Assembly (NCBI GenBank): GCA_031255715.1
Contig: JAIRRZ010000007.1
Span: 272 to 64,271 of the forward strand
Direction of reading: 5' to 3'
DNA from: Puniceicoccales bacterium
GTDB lineage: Bacteria > Verrucomicrobiota > Verrucomicrobiia > Opitutales > LL51
DNA length: 64,000 nucleotides
The position numbers were made by a program, and so were the translations under genes. Shown here in pieces: positions 1 to 9,584 of the stretch. The notes under the pieces are model-generated. The model did not search any database, was not told the origin of the DNA, and was given only the letters and a program-made list of their open reading frames with translations. Numbering within the stretch: the stretch's first letter is position 1; each line of letters opens with the position of its first letter.

Positions 1-2
1 AT

Positions 3-179
3 GCGAGGGAGGCGGAAATGGCAGAACTAAGCGGTGAGGAGGAAGAAGAAGTTCCGGAGGGAAGAACTTTTGATGATTTTATTGCCTATTTGAGAGCAGA
101 AGGAGTGATAAGAAAAGGCGGTGAAAGAAATCCGGCCTATCAGGAAGAACTTTCCCGGAACTCAGGTGATATGTTATAG
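3..179 (+). CDS. C-terminal fragment of an unidentified protein entering from upstream of the window
   Basis: Frame open from window edge to TAG 177-179 (...AELSGEEEEEVPEGRTFDDFIAYLRAEGVIRKGGERNPAYQEELSRNSGDML); no family recognised. Confidence 0.2.
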   Translation, partial: AREAEMAELSGEEEEEVPEGRTFDDFIAYLRAEGVIRKGGERNPAYQEELSRNSGDML

Positions 180-616
180 CAAAAGCGGAAACCTGTTCAG
201 TAGCGAGCTACAACTCAGTGCTTAGATATTATTTGGCAAGGCTTCAAAGAAGGACAAAGTGCTACGGCAAAAACTTGAAGATGTTACGGCTTCCTTGCTT
301 CATTATTGGATATCTTTAGTTGTCAATGCCCGCAATTTCTATACCATAGGGCGCAAAAAATTCTTTCTTTGGAGATAATCTCTCCCGAAAAGACGTCATG
401 TCAAGTATCGAACAATTATCGGAAAATTTTGATTAAGGGGAGAGATCAAACGACAGGTTTGGAGGTGTGATTTTAGAGAAAAATCGCGAAAGTCCACGAA
501 TGGGCAGCCAAGATTCCTATGCGATGGATGTGCTGAAGTTTTAGGAGTGTGTACTTTATTGCGATTTTTATATTGATTCACCTTTGGCGCGTAGTATATG
601 CCTACTCATTGTCTTT

Positions 617-1717
617 TTAAGTTTCGTTTTTGTCCTGATCTTCTTCGTTTTCATCGAGATTTTCGTCGCTATTTTTTTTGTTTTCATCGTTTTCCGGTTT
701 GTTGTTGGTGGGCAGTGCTTCGAGCTTTGGTATTATTGCTTCCACGGTTGAACTTTTTTCTTTATCCTCTGTAAGTATGTCTCTATAAAACTGTATGATT
801 GTGGCAATAGCTTCTGGAGAATAAATTTTGGCCTTTTTCAGGTTATTGTAACATCTACGAATATAATTCTTTTTATTGATTGCTGAATTATGAGGGTGCA
901 GACGATATGCTAAAGTGCATTGTTTTCCCGGTAGAATAAAATAAAGTATTATTCCTAGGGTGTTGGTAGTTTTTATAAAATCGTTAGGTGAATCGTTTTT
1001 TACTAAGGATTCCCAATCGATTAGCTTAAGCGTAAAGGAAGAATCGTTAGGAATAACCATTATGTTGTTGGGATTAGAGTCAGTATTAATGTAGCTGCAG
1101 CTGTGTAATATCATTGTGATTTTGGCTAATTGCAGTGATAAATCGAGAGCAATATCTTGACTTTTTGGGCTACCTAGGTAGGTGTTGTAGGGTGGCAGCT
1201 TTTTCTCGATGCATTCGCCTAGTGTATGGCCATTGATTTTGGGTAAAATTTCGACTGTTTCGCTGATCGTGTTTTCGGGATGCGATTTATCCTGATGCTG
1301 AACTTGGGCAATGCCAATAATGGGAACAATATTACTTAGTCCAGCAAGTTGATTTCGAATATGTTGGATGCGTGATTTTTTTTCTTCCTCGGAAAAGGTG
1401 CCATCGCTTTCGATTGCCGCCAATTCGCGTAATTTTTGTTTTACGCCATCCATGAAAGCGTAAAAATAGTGTCGATCATTTTGTTCAGTGTTACCTTTTG
1501 AGCGCTTCAATACAATTTCGCTGTTACCGATTTATCCTATGGTGACATGGTGCCTGCTATCGAGCGCTATGCGAGAGGTGGTGATTTCGGCTCCATTTGA
1601 GAAATCGCATAGGTTTAGAGATGTTCTTATAAAATTGTGAAATTTTTCTGATACTTCTGCGAAAAAATCATAGGTTTTTTGGTAGGTTAATTTCTTTGGT
1701 AAAGATCTGCGGCTCAT
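617..1717 (-). pseudogene. Protein-kinase-like fold phosphotransferase (APH/choline-kinase/ePK-like) split by one in-frame TAA
   Basis: ORFs 1532-1717 and 617-1510 share a frame. Only TAA (1532-1534) separates ...HHVTIG from IGNSEIVLKRSKG. The N-terminal piece has the Gly-rich-loop-like FSNGAEITTSRI. The C-terminal piece has VLKR, the catalytic-loop-like INTDSNPNNIMV and LIDWE (DFG equivalent), plus an acidic N/E/D-rich tail. Confidence 0.45.
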
Positions 1718-2102
1718 TGCTATCGAAAGGTCAGCCTTATTCTTCGACCTGACGACAAGCCTTATCGGTTGTTGGTTAGGTTTCTAGGGACGTGAAGCCT
1801 CTGGGCTAGATTTTTTGGGGATCATTGTCGATCGCATCGGTTTAAATTGTTCCACTTGCGTCGGATCAATAATGTTACCTTTGCCGTAGGCGAAGGATAG
1901 AGCGGTGAAATGTAAGAATATGAGATATTGAGTCTTCATCGGTTATCAATATGATAATATTTGATAATTAATTCGCAGTATTTTTAAATAGTTTAATTTG
2001 TTAGCGTTTTTTTTGCATTTAAAATGACCTTAGTAAAATGAAGTCGGAGAAAATTCGAAAAAAGAAGATGATCGACCTAAGTGAATTTGTCAATATTTAT
2101 GC

Positions 2103-2130
2103 TTGACGACGTTATATATTGCTTTAAATT
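2103..2130 (+). promoter_or_regulatory. Candidate sigma70-type promoter for the nusA operon
   Basis: TTGACG (2103-2108), 16-nt spacer, TAAATT (2125-2130), about 90 nt upstream of the nusA ATG. Confidence 0.3.
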
Positions 2131-2165
2131 ACTCATTTAGTCGAGGACTTTACGTGGTTAATTGG

Positions 2166-2190
2166 GCGGAGTGGTCGTGCTCCGCTTTTT
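2166..2190 (+). terminator. Intrinsic-terminator-like hairpin in the nusA leader (possible attenuator)
   Basis: GCGGAG (2166-2171), 8-nt loop, CTCCGC (2180-2185), then TTTTT. It lies 30 nt before the nusA start, with no plus-strand gene upstream to terminate. Confidence 0.4.
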
Positions 2191-2219
2191 GGGCTTCTGT
2201 AATGAATTTTTATTGAAAT

Positions 2220-3473
2220 ATGAAAACCGGTAGCGAGATTTTAGCCGTGCTTGAATACATGGAAAAAGAAAAGGGTATCCTTCGCAGTGATATGATTCAA
2301 ACCATCGCCGAAGCTATCCGATCCGCTGCGGTGAAAAGTATTAATGCCGGATATGATATTCGCGTGGAAATTAATCCGAAAACAGGTAATCTTAAAGCTT
2401 GGGCAATTCTAGAGGTTGTAGATTCCGTTAGTGATCCCCAGGCGCAAATTCATGTTTCCAAGGCAAAGGAGCTTAATCCTAGTGTCGATATTGGCGATGT
2501 TATCGAGAAGGAAGTCGATCCCGCTTTTCTTGGCCGTATCGCTGCCCAGGGAGCTCGCCAGGCTATTACCCAAGGGATTCGCCATTTCGAACGCGAGAAA
2601 TTGTACGAAGATTTTAAAGGTTCCATCGGTGATATCGTCAGCGGAATTGTTCGCCATCAGGATTCGGGAAATATTTACGTTGAATTGGGAAAATCGGAGG
2701 CTGTTTTGCCCTATCGTGAGCGTATTCCCGGTGAAGAATATATGTCCGGTGATCGGATCCGCTGTCTATTGCTCAAAATTGAACAGACATCCCATGGGCC
2801 GGAAATTATTCTTAGCCGTTCCCAGGGGCGTTTTGTCCGACGTTTGCTAGAAATTGAAGTAACTGAAATTGCCGATGGTACGGTGGAGATCTATGCCATG
2901 GCAAGGGAGCCGGGGTATCGGACCAAAGTTGCCGTTCGCAGTTTAGATCCTAAAGTGGATGCGGTGGGGTCCTGCGTTGGAACGCGAGGTGTTCGCATTC
3001 GCAGTATCGTGAAGGAGTTGGGTGGTGAAAAAATTGATGTCATTCGCTACTCCATCGATCCCATAGAATTCTTACAAGAAGCTCTTCATCCGGCTATTCC
3101 ACGCAATATTCGCGTGGATGAGATTAATCGGCAAATCAGTTTCGAAGTAGGCGAAGATGACCTTGCCGTTGCCATTGGGAAGCGTGGTCTGAATGCTAGG
3201 TTAACTTCGCGTCTTATGAATTGGAAGTTAGACATAAAAAAAGCGGAATCGGAAAAAGAAAGGCACCTTAATCGAAAAATTCAACAGGCAACGGCTGGGC
3301 TTAATAATATTCCAGGTGTTAGTGATGGGTTAGCCCAGCGATTGGTGGCGTGTGGGTTTACGGATATTGATGTTTTCGATGGAGTTTTTCCGGAAGATTT
3401 GGAAGATGCTGGTTTTTCTACTGAAGAATCGCGTTTAATTCTTGAAAATATAAAAAATATCAAGAATTTTTAA
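2220..3473 (+). CDS. nusA: Transcription termination/antitermination factor NusA
   Basis: 417 aa with N-terminal domain, S1 and tandem KH motifs (GxRGx[13 protein letters not shown]) and a C-terminal HhH-like region; followed by infB. Confidence 0.95.
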   Translation: MKTGSEILAVLEYMEKEKGILRSDMIQTIAEAIRSAAVKSINAGYDIRVEINPKTGNLKAWAILEVVDSVSDPQAQIHVSKAKELNPSVDIGDVIEKEVDPAFLGRIAAQGARQAITQGIRHFEREKLYEDFKGSIGDIVSGIVRHQDSGNIYVELGKSEAVLPYRERIPGEEYMSGDRIRCLLLKIEQTSHGPEIILSRSQGRFVRRLLEIEVTEIADGTVEIYAMAREPGYRTKVAVRSLDPKVDAVGSCVGTRGVRIRSIVKELGGEKIDVIRYSIDPIEFLQEALHPAIPRNIRVDEINRQISFEVGEDDLAVAIGKRGLNARLTSRLMNWKLDIKKAESEKERHLNRKIQQATAGLNNIPGVSDGLAQRLVACGFTDIDVFDGVFPEDLEDAGFSTEESRLILENIKNIKNF

Positions 3474-3481
3474 TAAAAAAC

Positions 3482-6196
3482 ATGAGTGTTAGGGTGTATC
3501 AGTTAGCGAATGATTTGGGCATGGATAGTAAAGATGTTATGGTATTGCTTCGTGAGCGTGGATTAAAGGTCACAAGTGCATCCAGTTCAATTCCTAATAT
3601 TTATGCCGATGCTCTGGTCGAAGAATTGGCGGGAGGTTATGCATCTAGCATAGCTTCCAAAAAGCCCGGACAGGAAGAGCTTGGTAAAGTGAGTTCTATT
3701 CCTAATCGCACTAAAATATCTAGTTTTTCAGAGTCCAGTTCTTCGGAGCCTAATTTTTTAGAAAAATCTGAGGGTAGCAATACGGGTGGCTTTAGCGATC
3801 ATAATCTTTTAGCATCAGTACAAGGAAATGGTTCTTTCCCCAATGCGGTTGTTACAAATCTCAGAAACGAAGGAGATCACAGAAGGGAAAGAGCTCCAGA
3901 GGTTAAAGCTGTTTTTGAAAATAAGATCATTAGTATAGAAGAAAAGGAGCAGGAGGAAAAGGGACTGAGTGTAGAATTAGGAGTATCTTCGAGTGCTTCT
4001 AATCCAGCAAAGAATTTATCGAAGAGCATGCCAAGTCCGGGAGGATTCATAAAAATTCCACTGCCTAAGGCAGCTCCTAGAATGCCAGCTCTATTCGTGG
4101 CAAAAGATCAAGGGCATCGTCCCGAAAAAGTTGTTGAATTGAATGTGGATTTGTCTCCAAGGGAAAATTTTGCTGATAAAGGGAAATCTGTTGCGACAAA
4201 GCCATCAGATATTTCTATCAGGAGCCAGGTTTCTTCCGATGTGATCGGTATTGCGAATCATGTGCAGGAGATAAGAAAAAAATCGCCGGCAATTAATTTT
4301 CATGAAAAACGCGCAGCACCAATGGTCCGCTTTCAGTTTACACAAAAGGCCCAACATAATGATCTTTTTAATACCATAAAAGTTCCGAATATTCCTGGGG
4401 GTCCTTCGGCTAAAAATAGTACGGAAAAACCTAAGGAAAATAAACCCATTGTTTGTAAAGCGCCGCTTATTGTGCGCGATTTTGCCCAGAAAATTGGATT
4501 GAAACCTTTTCAGCTTATTTCTGAGCTTATGCGGCGAGGGATTTTTGCTTCAATGAATCAGCAGATCTCTGATGATATCGCTTTGGGTATAGCAGAAAAA
4601 TACGGGTTTAAACTCGAGATTCGTCAAAAGTCCGATGGGGTTAAACAAAATATTTCCAAGGTTAAGGTTGAGGTTCCGCAAGAATTATTGCCTCGGCCGC
4701 CCGTTGTTTGTGTTTTGGGTCATGTGGATCACGGTAAAACTACGCTCCTCGATATGATTCGCCATGCTAATGTTGTTGCAGGGGAAGCTGGAGGTATTAC
4801 ACAGCACGTTGGCGCTTATCAGGTGGAACATGAGGGCAAAAAAATTACGTTTCTCGATACGCCAGGACATGCAGCGTTTTCGAATATGCGTGAGCGAGGG
4901 GCCAATTTGACCGATATCGCGATTCTAGTCGTTGCGGCCGACGATGGTTTTATGCCGCAGACCGACGAAGCATTAAATTTTGCACAAAAGGCTGGTGTGC
5001 CAGTGGTTGTTGCTATCAATAAAATTGATGTCAAGGGTGCTAACTTAGAACGGGTCAAGCAGCAGATGCAACAGCGTAGTATTGCTCCCGAGGAGTGGGG
5101 GGGCGATACGCTGTGCGTTGGTATTTCCGCGCTCAAAGGTATGCACATTGATGAATTGCTATCGGCGGTTTTACTTCAAGCGGAAATCATGGAATTGAAA
5201 GCAGATTATAAATGTCCCGCTGCAGGAGTAATCATCGAATCGCAAATGGACGTAGGTCGTGGAACTACGGCTACGGTTATTGTTAAAAAAGGTACATTGA
5301 AAATGGGTGATGCCATCGTTTGCGATGGAGAGTATTGCCGTGTTCGTTCGATGCTTAATGAGCGTTCTGAGGTGGTAGCTGCGGTTACACCATCGATGTC
5401 GGTTCGCGTTATTGGTTGGAGTGGTGTACCCGGTGCTGGTAATATTTTTGAAGTCGTGAAAGATGAAAAGACTGCCAAAAAACAAGCCGAAGAAAATAAA
5501 GATAATGCTAAGTTGATCGCAGCAGGGCCGGTGCCCAAGATCGCTAGCGTGAGAGCATTGTTTGAGGCCATGGAATCACAAAAACAAAAAGTCTTAAAAA
5601 TTGTCGTGAAGTGTGATACCCAAGGGACTTTGGAGGCGCTCATTGGTTGTCTTAATGGAATCAAAAGCGATAGAGTGAAAATTGAAATTCTAAGTTCAGG
5701 GGTAGGGCCCGTGTCCAAAAGCGATGTGGAATTCGCCAGTTCTTCAGAGGCGATTATTGTTGGATTTAATGTGAAGGTAGACAATGGTGTGGCACCGGTT
5801 GTGAAAAATAAAGGTATACGCGTCATTCTGCATAATATTATTTATGAATTGGTCGATCGGGTCAAGGATGAGATGGCGGAATTACTTGACTACGATTACA
5901 GCGAAAATCATCTCGGAACGGCAGAGATTCGTCGCGTATTCGAACTCGCTCGACTAACGATTGCAGGGTGTATGGTGATCGATGGACAGATCGAACGCGA
6001 TAAACAGGCCCGCGTCTATCGAGGAAAAAAGATTTTATTTGAAGGAAAAATTAATTCCCTAAGGCGCGAAAAGGAGGATCATCCGGAAGTTCGGTCCGGA
6101 TTTGAATGTGGCATAAAAATTGATGGATTTTCAGCATTTGAGGAAGGCGATCGCATTGAATGTTTTGAGATTCTCCAACGTCGCCAGACATTATGA
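3482..6196 (+). CDS. infB: Translation initiation factor IF-2
   Basis: 904 aa; G-domain motifs GHVDHGKTTLLD, DTPGH and NKID; long low-complexity N-terminus; nusA-infB-rbfA order. Confidence 0.96.
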   Translation: MSVRVYQLANDLGMDSKDVMVLLRERGLKVTSASSSIPNIYADALVEELAGGYASSIASKKPGQEELGKVSSIPNRTKISSFSESSSSEPNFLEKSEGSNTGGFSDHNLLASVQGNGSFPNAVVTNLRNEGDHRRERAPEVKAVFENKIISIEEKEQEEKGLSVELGVSSSASNPAKNLSKSMPSPGGFIKIPLPKAAPRMPALFVAKDQGHRPEKVVELNVDLSPRENFADKGKSVATKPSDISIRSQVSSDVIGIANHVQEIRKKSPAINFHEKRAAPMVRFQFTQKAQHNDLFNTIKVPNIPGGPSAKNSTEKPKENKPIVCKAPLIVRDFAQKIGLKPFQLISELMRRGIFASMNQQISDDIALGIAEKYGFKLEIRQKSDGVKQNISKVKVEVPQELLPRPPVVCVLGHVDHGKTTLLDMIRHANVVAGEAGGITQHVGAYQVEHEGKKITFLDTPGHAAFSNMRERGANLTDIAILVVAADDGFMPQTDEALNFAQKAGVPVVVAINKIDVKGANLERVKQQMQQRSIAPEEWGGDTLCVGISALKGMHIDELLSAVLLQAEIMELKADYKCPAAGVIIESQMDVGRGTTATVIVKKGTLKMGDAIVCDGEYCRVRSMLNERSEVVAAVTPSMSVRVIGWSGVPGAGNIFEVVKDEKTAKKQAEENKDNAKLIAAGPVPKIASVRALFEAMESQKQKVLKIVVKCDTQGTLEALIGCLNGIKSDRVKIEILSSGVGPVSKSDVEFASSSEAIIVGFNVKVDNGVAPVVKNKGIRVILHNIIYELVDRVKDEMAELLDYDYSENHLGTAEIRRVFELARLTIAGCMVIDGQIERDKQARVYRGKKILFEGKINSLRREKEDHPEVRSGFECGIKIDGFSAFEEGDRIECFEILQRRQTL

Positions 6197-6537
6197 GTTT
6201 ACGTTTAAATCGAGTCAATGAAGCTATTGAACATGAAATAAATCGCGTTTTACGGACCTATTTCCGTGAAGAAGCGTTTTGTGTAACGATTGTTGGTACC
6301 CTTGTTTCAGCCGATTTTAAGTTTGTTCAGGTCAAATTTTCTGTTATCGGTAACGATGAGGTTTGCCGGCGTATGGTTAAGTTTTTCAGAAAGTATAAAA
6401 ACTTTATTCAACAGAAGCTGAATGAAAAGATGCAGTTTCGCTATGCACCGGAGTTGAAATTTGAAATGACAGATGCCATAGCCCATGGAAATTGTATGAT
6501 CAATCTGTTGAATATCATTTCCGAGACGGAGGGTTGA
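6193..6537 (+). CDS. rbfA: Ribosome-binding factor A
   Basis: 114 aa; N-terminus (RLNRVNEAIEHEINRVL) typical of RbfA; ATGA overlap with the infB stop. Confidence 0.85.
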   Translation: MSLRLNRVNEAIEHEINRVLRTYFREEAFCVTIVGTLVSADFKFVQVKFSVIGNDEVCRRMVKFFRKYKNFIQQKLNEKMQFRYAPELKFEMTDAIAHGNCMINLLNIISETEG

Positions 6538-6540
6538 AGA

Positions 6541-6906
6541 GTGAGGAAAATGCTAATTTTATTACTGCTCTTTGGAGGTTGTTCTTCAAATCAGACGGCG
6601 GAAGATTCGTTATTACCTTGGAATAAGCCGGCGCCATGGGAATCCCGCCGAGACATTTCGACTTCCTTGCACTTTCACAAGGAATATAAACCAAGGACTT
6701 TTACCCGAGAAAAAATAAGAGATGATCAAAACCGGGTGCACGTAACCGTGGATCGGATGATGCCCGCTACGTCGGAGGCGCTACGCTCGCGTGTCATTTC
6801 CAATGAGCCTGAATTTTTTTCAAAGCCACAAAAGCCTATTTCAGTTAGCGTTATAAAGGAGTTTCCCATCGAGCCTCAGCCCTATAATTTTAGTAAAAAA
6901 GAATGA
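6541..6906 (+). CDS. Small lipoprotein of unknown function
   Basis: MRKMLILLLLFGGCSS: basic n-region, hydrophobic core and lipobox-like LFGG|C; GTG start 3 nt after the rbfA stop. Confidence 0.6.
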   Translation: MRKMLILLLLFGGCSSNQTAEDSLLPWNKPAPWESRRDISTSLHFHKEYKPRTFTREKIRDDQNRVHVTVDRMMPATSEALRSRVISNEPEFFSKPQKPISVSVIKEFPIEPQPYNFSKKE

Positions 6907-6987
6907 GTGTTTCGCGAAAGGTGTAATTCATAATTGACGTTTTACACCAAATTCTTAATTTCGCGATCGAGGGGGTTGAGGTTGGGC

Positions 6988-8709
6988 ATGGCGAGGGATC
7001 GGAGCAAAATGGTGTTGTGCGTGGCAGATGATGGTGTATGTCTCTGCAAGGTTACCGATCAGAAAGATCGCGTATTTATTCTTTCAAGCCAGATTGCTCA
7101 GATAGAACATTTCAGGGCGAATAAGGAAGATTGGTTACGGGCAGCATTAAAAAATTTTAAACCTAAGTTGCTTGAACAAGTGACAGATGTTCTTATTTCA
7201 ACGACGTTAATTCGCTATATTCCGTTTGAAATTTTTTATCTACGTGAGGAAAATTTTAACCGAGCTACGCTATTTGAACTGAAAAATTCGCTTGGTGACG
7301 AAATTTCGCAATTTAAATTTTGGGTCTATCGGATCGGAAAAAATGATATTGCCCATACCTTTTTGGCTGAACAAGAGTTGATGACAAACTTCAATACGGC
7401 ATTGAAATCCATGGGCATTAAAAAAACGAGGATCTTACTTTCTCCGGTTATGTTTATTGAGGAGGGTAAACAGCAGATTGTAAATACGGATATTGTTTTC
7501 CTCTATATTGGTCGCAATCTCATTGCTTTTGTTTTGCGCAAAGGGAGCGAAAATGCTTCCCATTTGATGCCCATACCGTTAGGGGAGCTGGCTAAAAAAA
7601 TGTCGCAAATTATGAATCGAAATTGTTCCGAGGAGAATGTGTATCAATTCATCAAGAATTCCCAGGAACAGAAATTGGATCAAGCTATCCAGCGTGTATT
7701 AGATGAGTTTTTTGAGGAGCTTCATTTGGCAATTGTTCGAATTATTAGGCGGTATTTTGGCGAAGGAGAACGTGTCACATGGGTTGTTGGCGGCTGCTAT
7801 GACCAACTATACGGCATTCGTCAGCGCCTCGGAAATAAAATGGAACGAAAAATTATTCCATATCATGTCGCATTTAAACAACAAATTTCACCATCCATTG
7901 AAACAGATACCGTCGCTATGATGGAACCTTTCATTCCCGGTTTGCTCGCAGCGGCTACGCTCGATAAAAAGCAACTCATGGAAATTGTCAGTTTACAAAC
8001 GGACACGGTTGTTACCAAATTAAAAAAGGAAAAGTTATTTTTTTATCAAAATTTTGTTGCAGGTTTAGTTTGTGTCGCATCGATGTTGCTATATTTTTCC
8101 CAGTACCTCAATTGTCAACACATTATCAGCGAGACTAAAAATAAAGAATTGCTTACGAAACAAAGCAAAATGGTACGCATCACTCAGCAAATCGCAGATA
8201 CCTATGATCATATTAAAGAGCAAAAAAAAATGTTGGGTGATGTTTTAGTGTACATCAAACAGAGTCGAAAATGGTGTGAATTGTTCAATGCGCTGCAAAA
8301 TATTTTAGCCGAAGCGGAAAACGTTTATCTTACCTCATTCGTATGGAATACACAAACGAGTAAAGTGAAGGAGGAAAAAAAGACAAAGGAAGGAAATTTG
8401 TCCGCTAAAAAAATTCAGAAAACTCCTTCGGAAAAAGAGGCGGATGAAATCTATGAAGCTACGTCTAAACTCCCTAAAATAATTTCGTCGATTGCTATGA
8501 TGGGAAGCATGTTCATTGGCGATGTGGCGATTACCGAAGATGTGGAGCAGAAATTTAATGCCAAATTCAATGAAATGTTCGATAAAATTCGCAAGCTATC
8601 GTTTTGTGCCGAGCTCGATGATATAAAAATAAATGTTCCTGAGAATGGTAAAATTACCTTTCGGTGTACCATGGAAGTAAATCTGAAATCGAAGATTATG
8701 GCGCTATGA
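6988..8709 (+). CDS. PilM-like actin-fold protein fused to a PilN-like transmembrane/coiled-coil domain
   Basis: Central VFLYIGRNLIAFVLRKG...IPLGELAKKM pattern resembles the PilM/FtsA fold. It is followed by a TM helix (FVAGLVCVASMLLYF), a coiled coil and a PilN-like C-terminal domain. ATG at 6988 with a GAGG upstream is preferred over TTG at 6934. Confidence 0.45.
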   Translation: MARDRSKMVLCVADDGVCLCKVTDQKDRVFILSSQIAQIEHFRANKEDWLRAALKNFKPKLLEQVTDVLISTTLIRYIPFEIFYLREENFNRATLFELKNSLGDEISQFKFWVYRIGKNDIAHTFLAEQELMTNFNTALKSMGIKKTRILLSPVMFIEEGKQQIVNTDIVFLYIGRNLIAFVLRKGSENASHLMPIPLGELAKKMSQIMNRNCSEENVYQFIKNSQEQKLDQAIQRVLDEFFEELHLAIVRIIRRYFGEGERVTWVVGGCYDQLYGIRQRLGNKMERKIIPYHVAFKQQISPSIETDTVAMMEPFIPGLLAAATLDKKQLMEIVSLQTDTVVTKLKKEKLFFYQNFVAGLVCVASMLLYFSQYLNCQHIISETKNKELLTKQSKMVRITQQIADTYDHIKEQKKMLGDVLVYIKQSRKWCELFNALQNILAEAENVYLTSFVWNTQTSKVKEEKKTKEGNLSAKKIQKTPSEKEADEIYEATSKLPKIISSIAMMGSMFIGDVAITEDVEQKFNAKFNEMFDKIRKLSFCAELDDIKINVPENGKITFRCTMEVNLKSKIMAL

Positions 8710-9584
8710 AAAAAGTAATTTGCAAAAGTTTACAGCTATGTCTTCCGATTGCATTACTACCAGCGGTTTTTTTTCTGGGCTATTGGTGTTGGAATCGGTA
8801 TGTCTGTATCGTTTCGATGAATGATAGCGCTGTTAAAGCAAGGGAAGAAATCCAAAAATTGTCCCAGGGAAAACCTTTCCCTTCGAAAGAAAATTTGCAA
8901 AAAGCTATTCAAAAATCAAAGAATTACGATATTGATTATCAACTTTATACCACAGCGCATCAGCAGTTTAATTTGGAATTCTTAAGGTCAAAAAAATCCA
9001 AAAATGAGGTAGATTTTTATTTTCTATTGATGGCTTATATTAATTTCTTGACGAATTATGCTAAAGAATCAGCTGTTACTATTCCTGATAAGACGGCATT
9101 TGGCTTTGAGCCCTATTCACAAAAGGATGTGATTCCGGCACAGGCCCATATCGATGAACTCTATAAGCAAAGTAAGATTATTGTGAAATTGTTGATTTTG
9201 CTTTTTGATTCCAATATCCATGGCATGGATTTGTTGAGCATATCCCGTGAGAGTGTCGGCAACAGTAGCGATAAGCAAAAATTCGATGATAGTGTGGGTA
9301 CTTTGGATCGAGATCAAGCAATTCCTAATCGTAAAGATACTATGAAATCTTATCTCTTTAGCATTGAATTTCTCTGCCACACCGATGCTTTCCGGAATTA
9401 CATCAATAAATTGCAGGAGTATAGTTTGCCAGTAATTGTGCGTTCACTGGCAATCAATAGTGAAAATAAAAGTTCTTCGGAAAATGTAATTTCTCTGACG
9501 GAAAAAGTTAGCGTTTCGATGGTATTGGAGTGGTTGTTTATTCGAGACGCAAAGAATGTTTTAAAGTCAGAGGATAAAGGATGA
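8706..9584 (+). CDS. Single-pass membrane protein, tentatively Amuc_1100-type pilus-associated family
   Basis: N-terminal TM (LCLPIALLPAVFFLGYWCW). From memory, its segment pattern parallels Akkermansia Amuc_1100. ATGA overlap with the upstream gene. Confidence 0.35.
   Translation: MKKVICKSLQLCLPIALLPAVFFLGYWCWNRYVCIVSMNDSAVKAREEIQKLSQGKPFPSKENLQKAIQKSKNYDIDYQLYTTAHQQFNLEFLRSKKSKNEVDFYFLLMAYINFLTNYAKESAVTIPDKTAFGFEPYSQKDVIPAQAHIDELYKQSKIIVKLLILLFDSNIHGMDLLSISRESVGNSSDKQKFDDSVGTLDRDQAIPNRKDTMKSYLFSIEFLCHTDAFRNYINKLQEYSLPVIVRSLAINSENKSSSENVISLTEKVSVSMVLEWLFIRDAKNVLKSEDKG

Noticed and set aside
396-581. A 61-aa minus-strand ORF, and on the plus strand a 47-codon frame (433-576) ending ...NGQPRFLCDGCAEVLGV that faintly recalls an IS-type zinc-ribbon N-terminus
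   Set aside because: Both are too short and degenerate. The first CxxC is missing, and there are no transposase body, inverted repeats or target duplication. At most this is an unprovable relic.
1784-1939. A 51-aa minus-strand ORF with a signal-peptide-like start (MKTQYLIFLHFTALSFAYG...)
   Set aside because: No Shine-Dalgarno and no recognisable family. It could be real, but the sequence alone does not support it.
5206-5826. Long ORFs antisense to highly conserved genes. Examples: 5206-5826 and 4819-5148 in infB, 25467-25916 in tuf, 31858-32427 in rpoB, 35500-35979 in rpoC, 37575-38093 across rpsL/rpsG, 39001-39321 in fusA and 48742-49173 across rpsE/rplO
   Set aside because: These are shadow ORFs opposite strongly supported genes. 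Their translations are low-complexity or Ser/Arg/Pro-rich, with no family resemblance or start-site signals.
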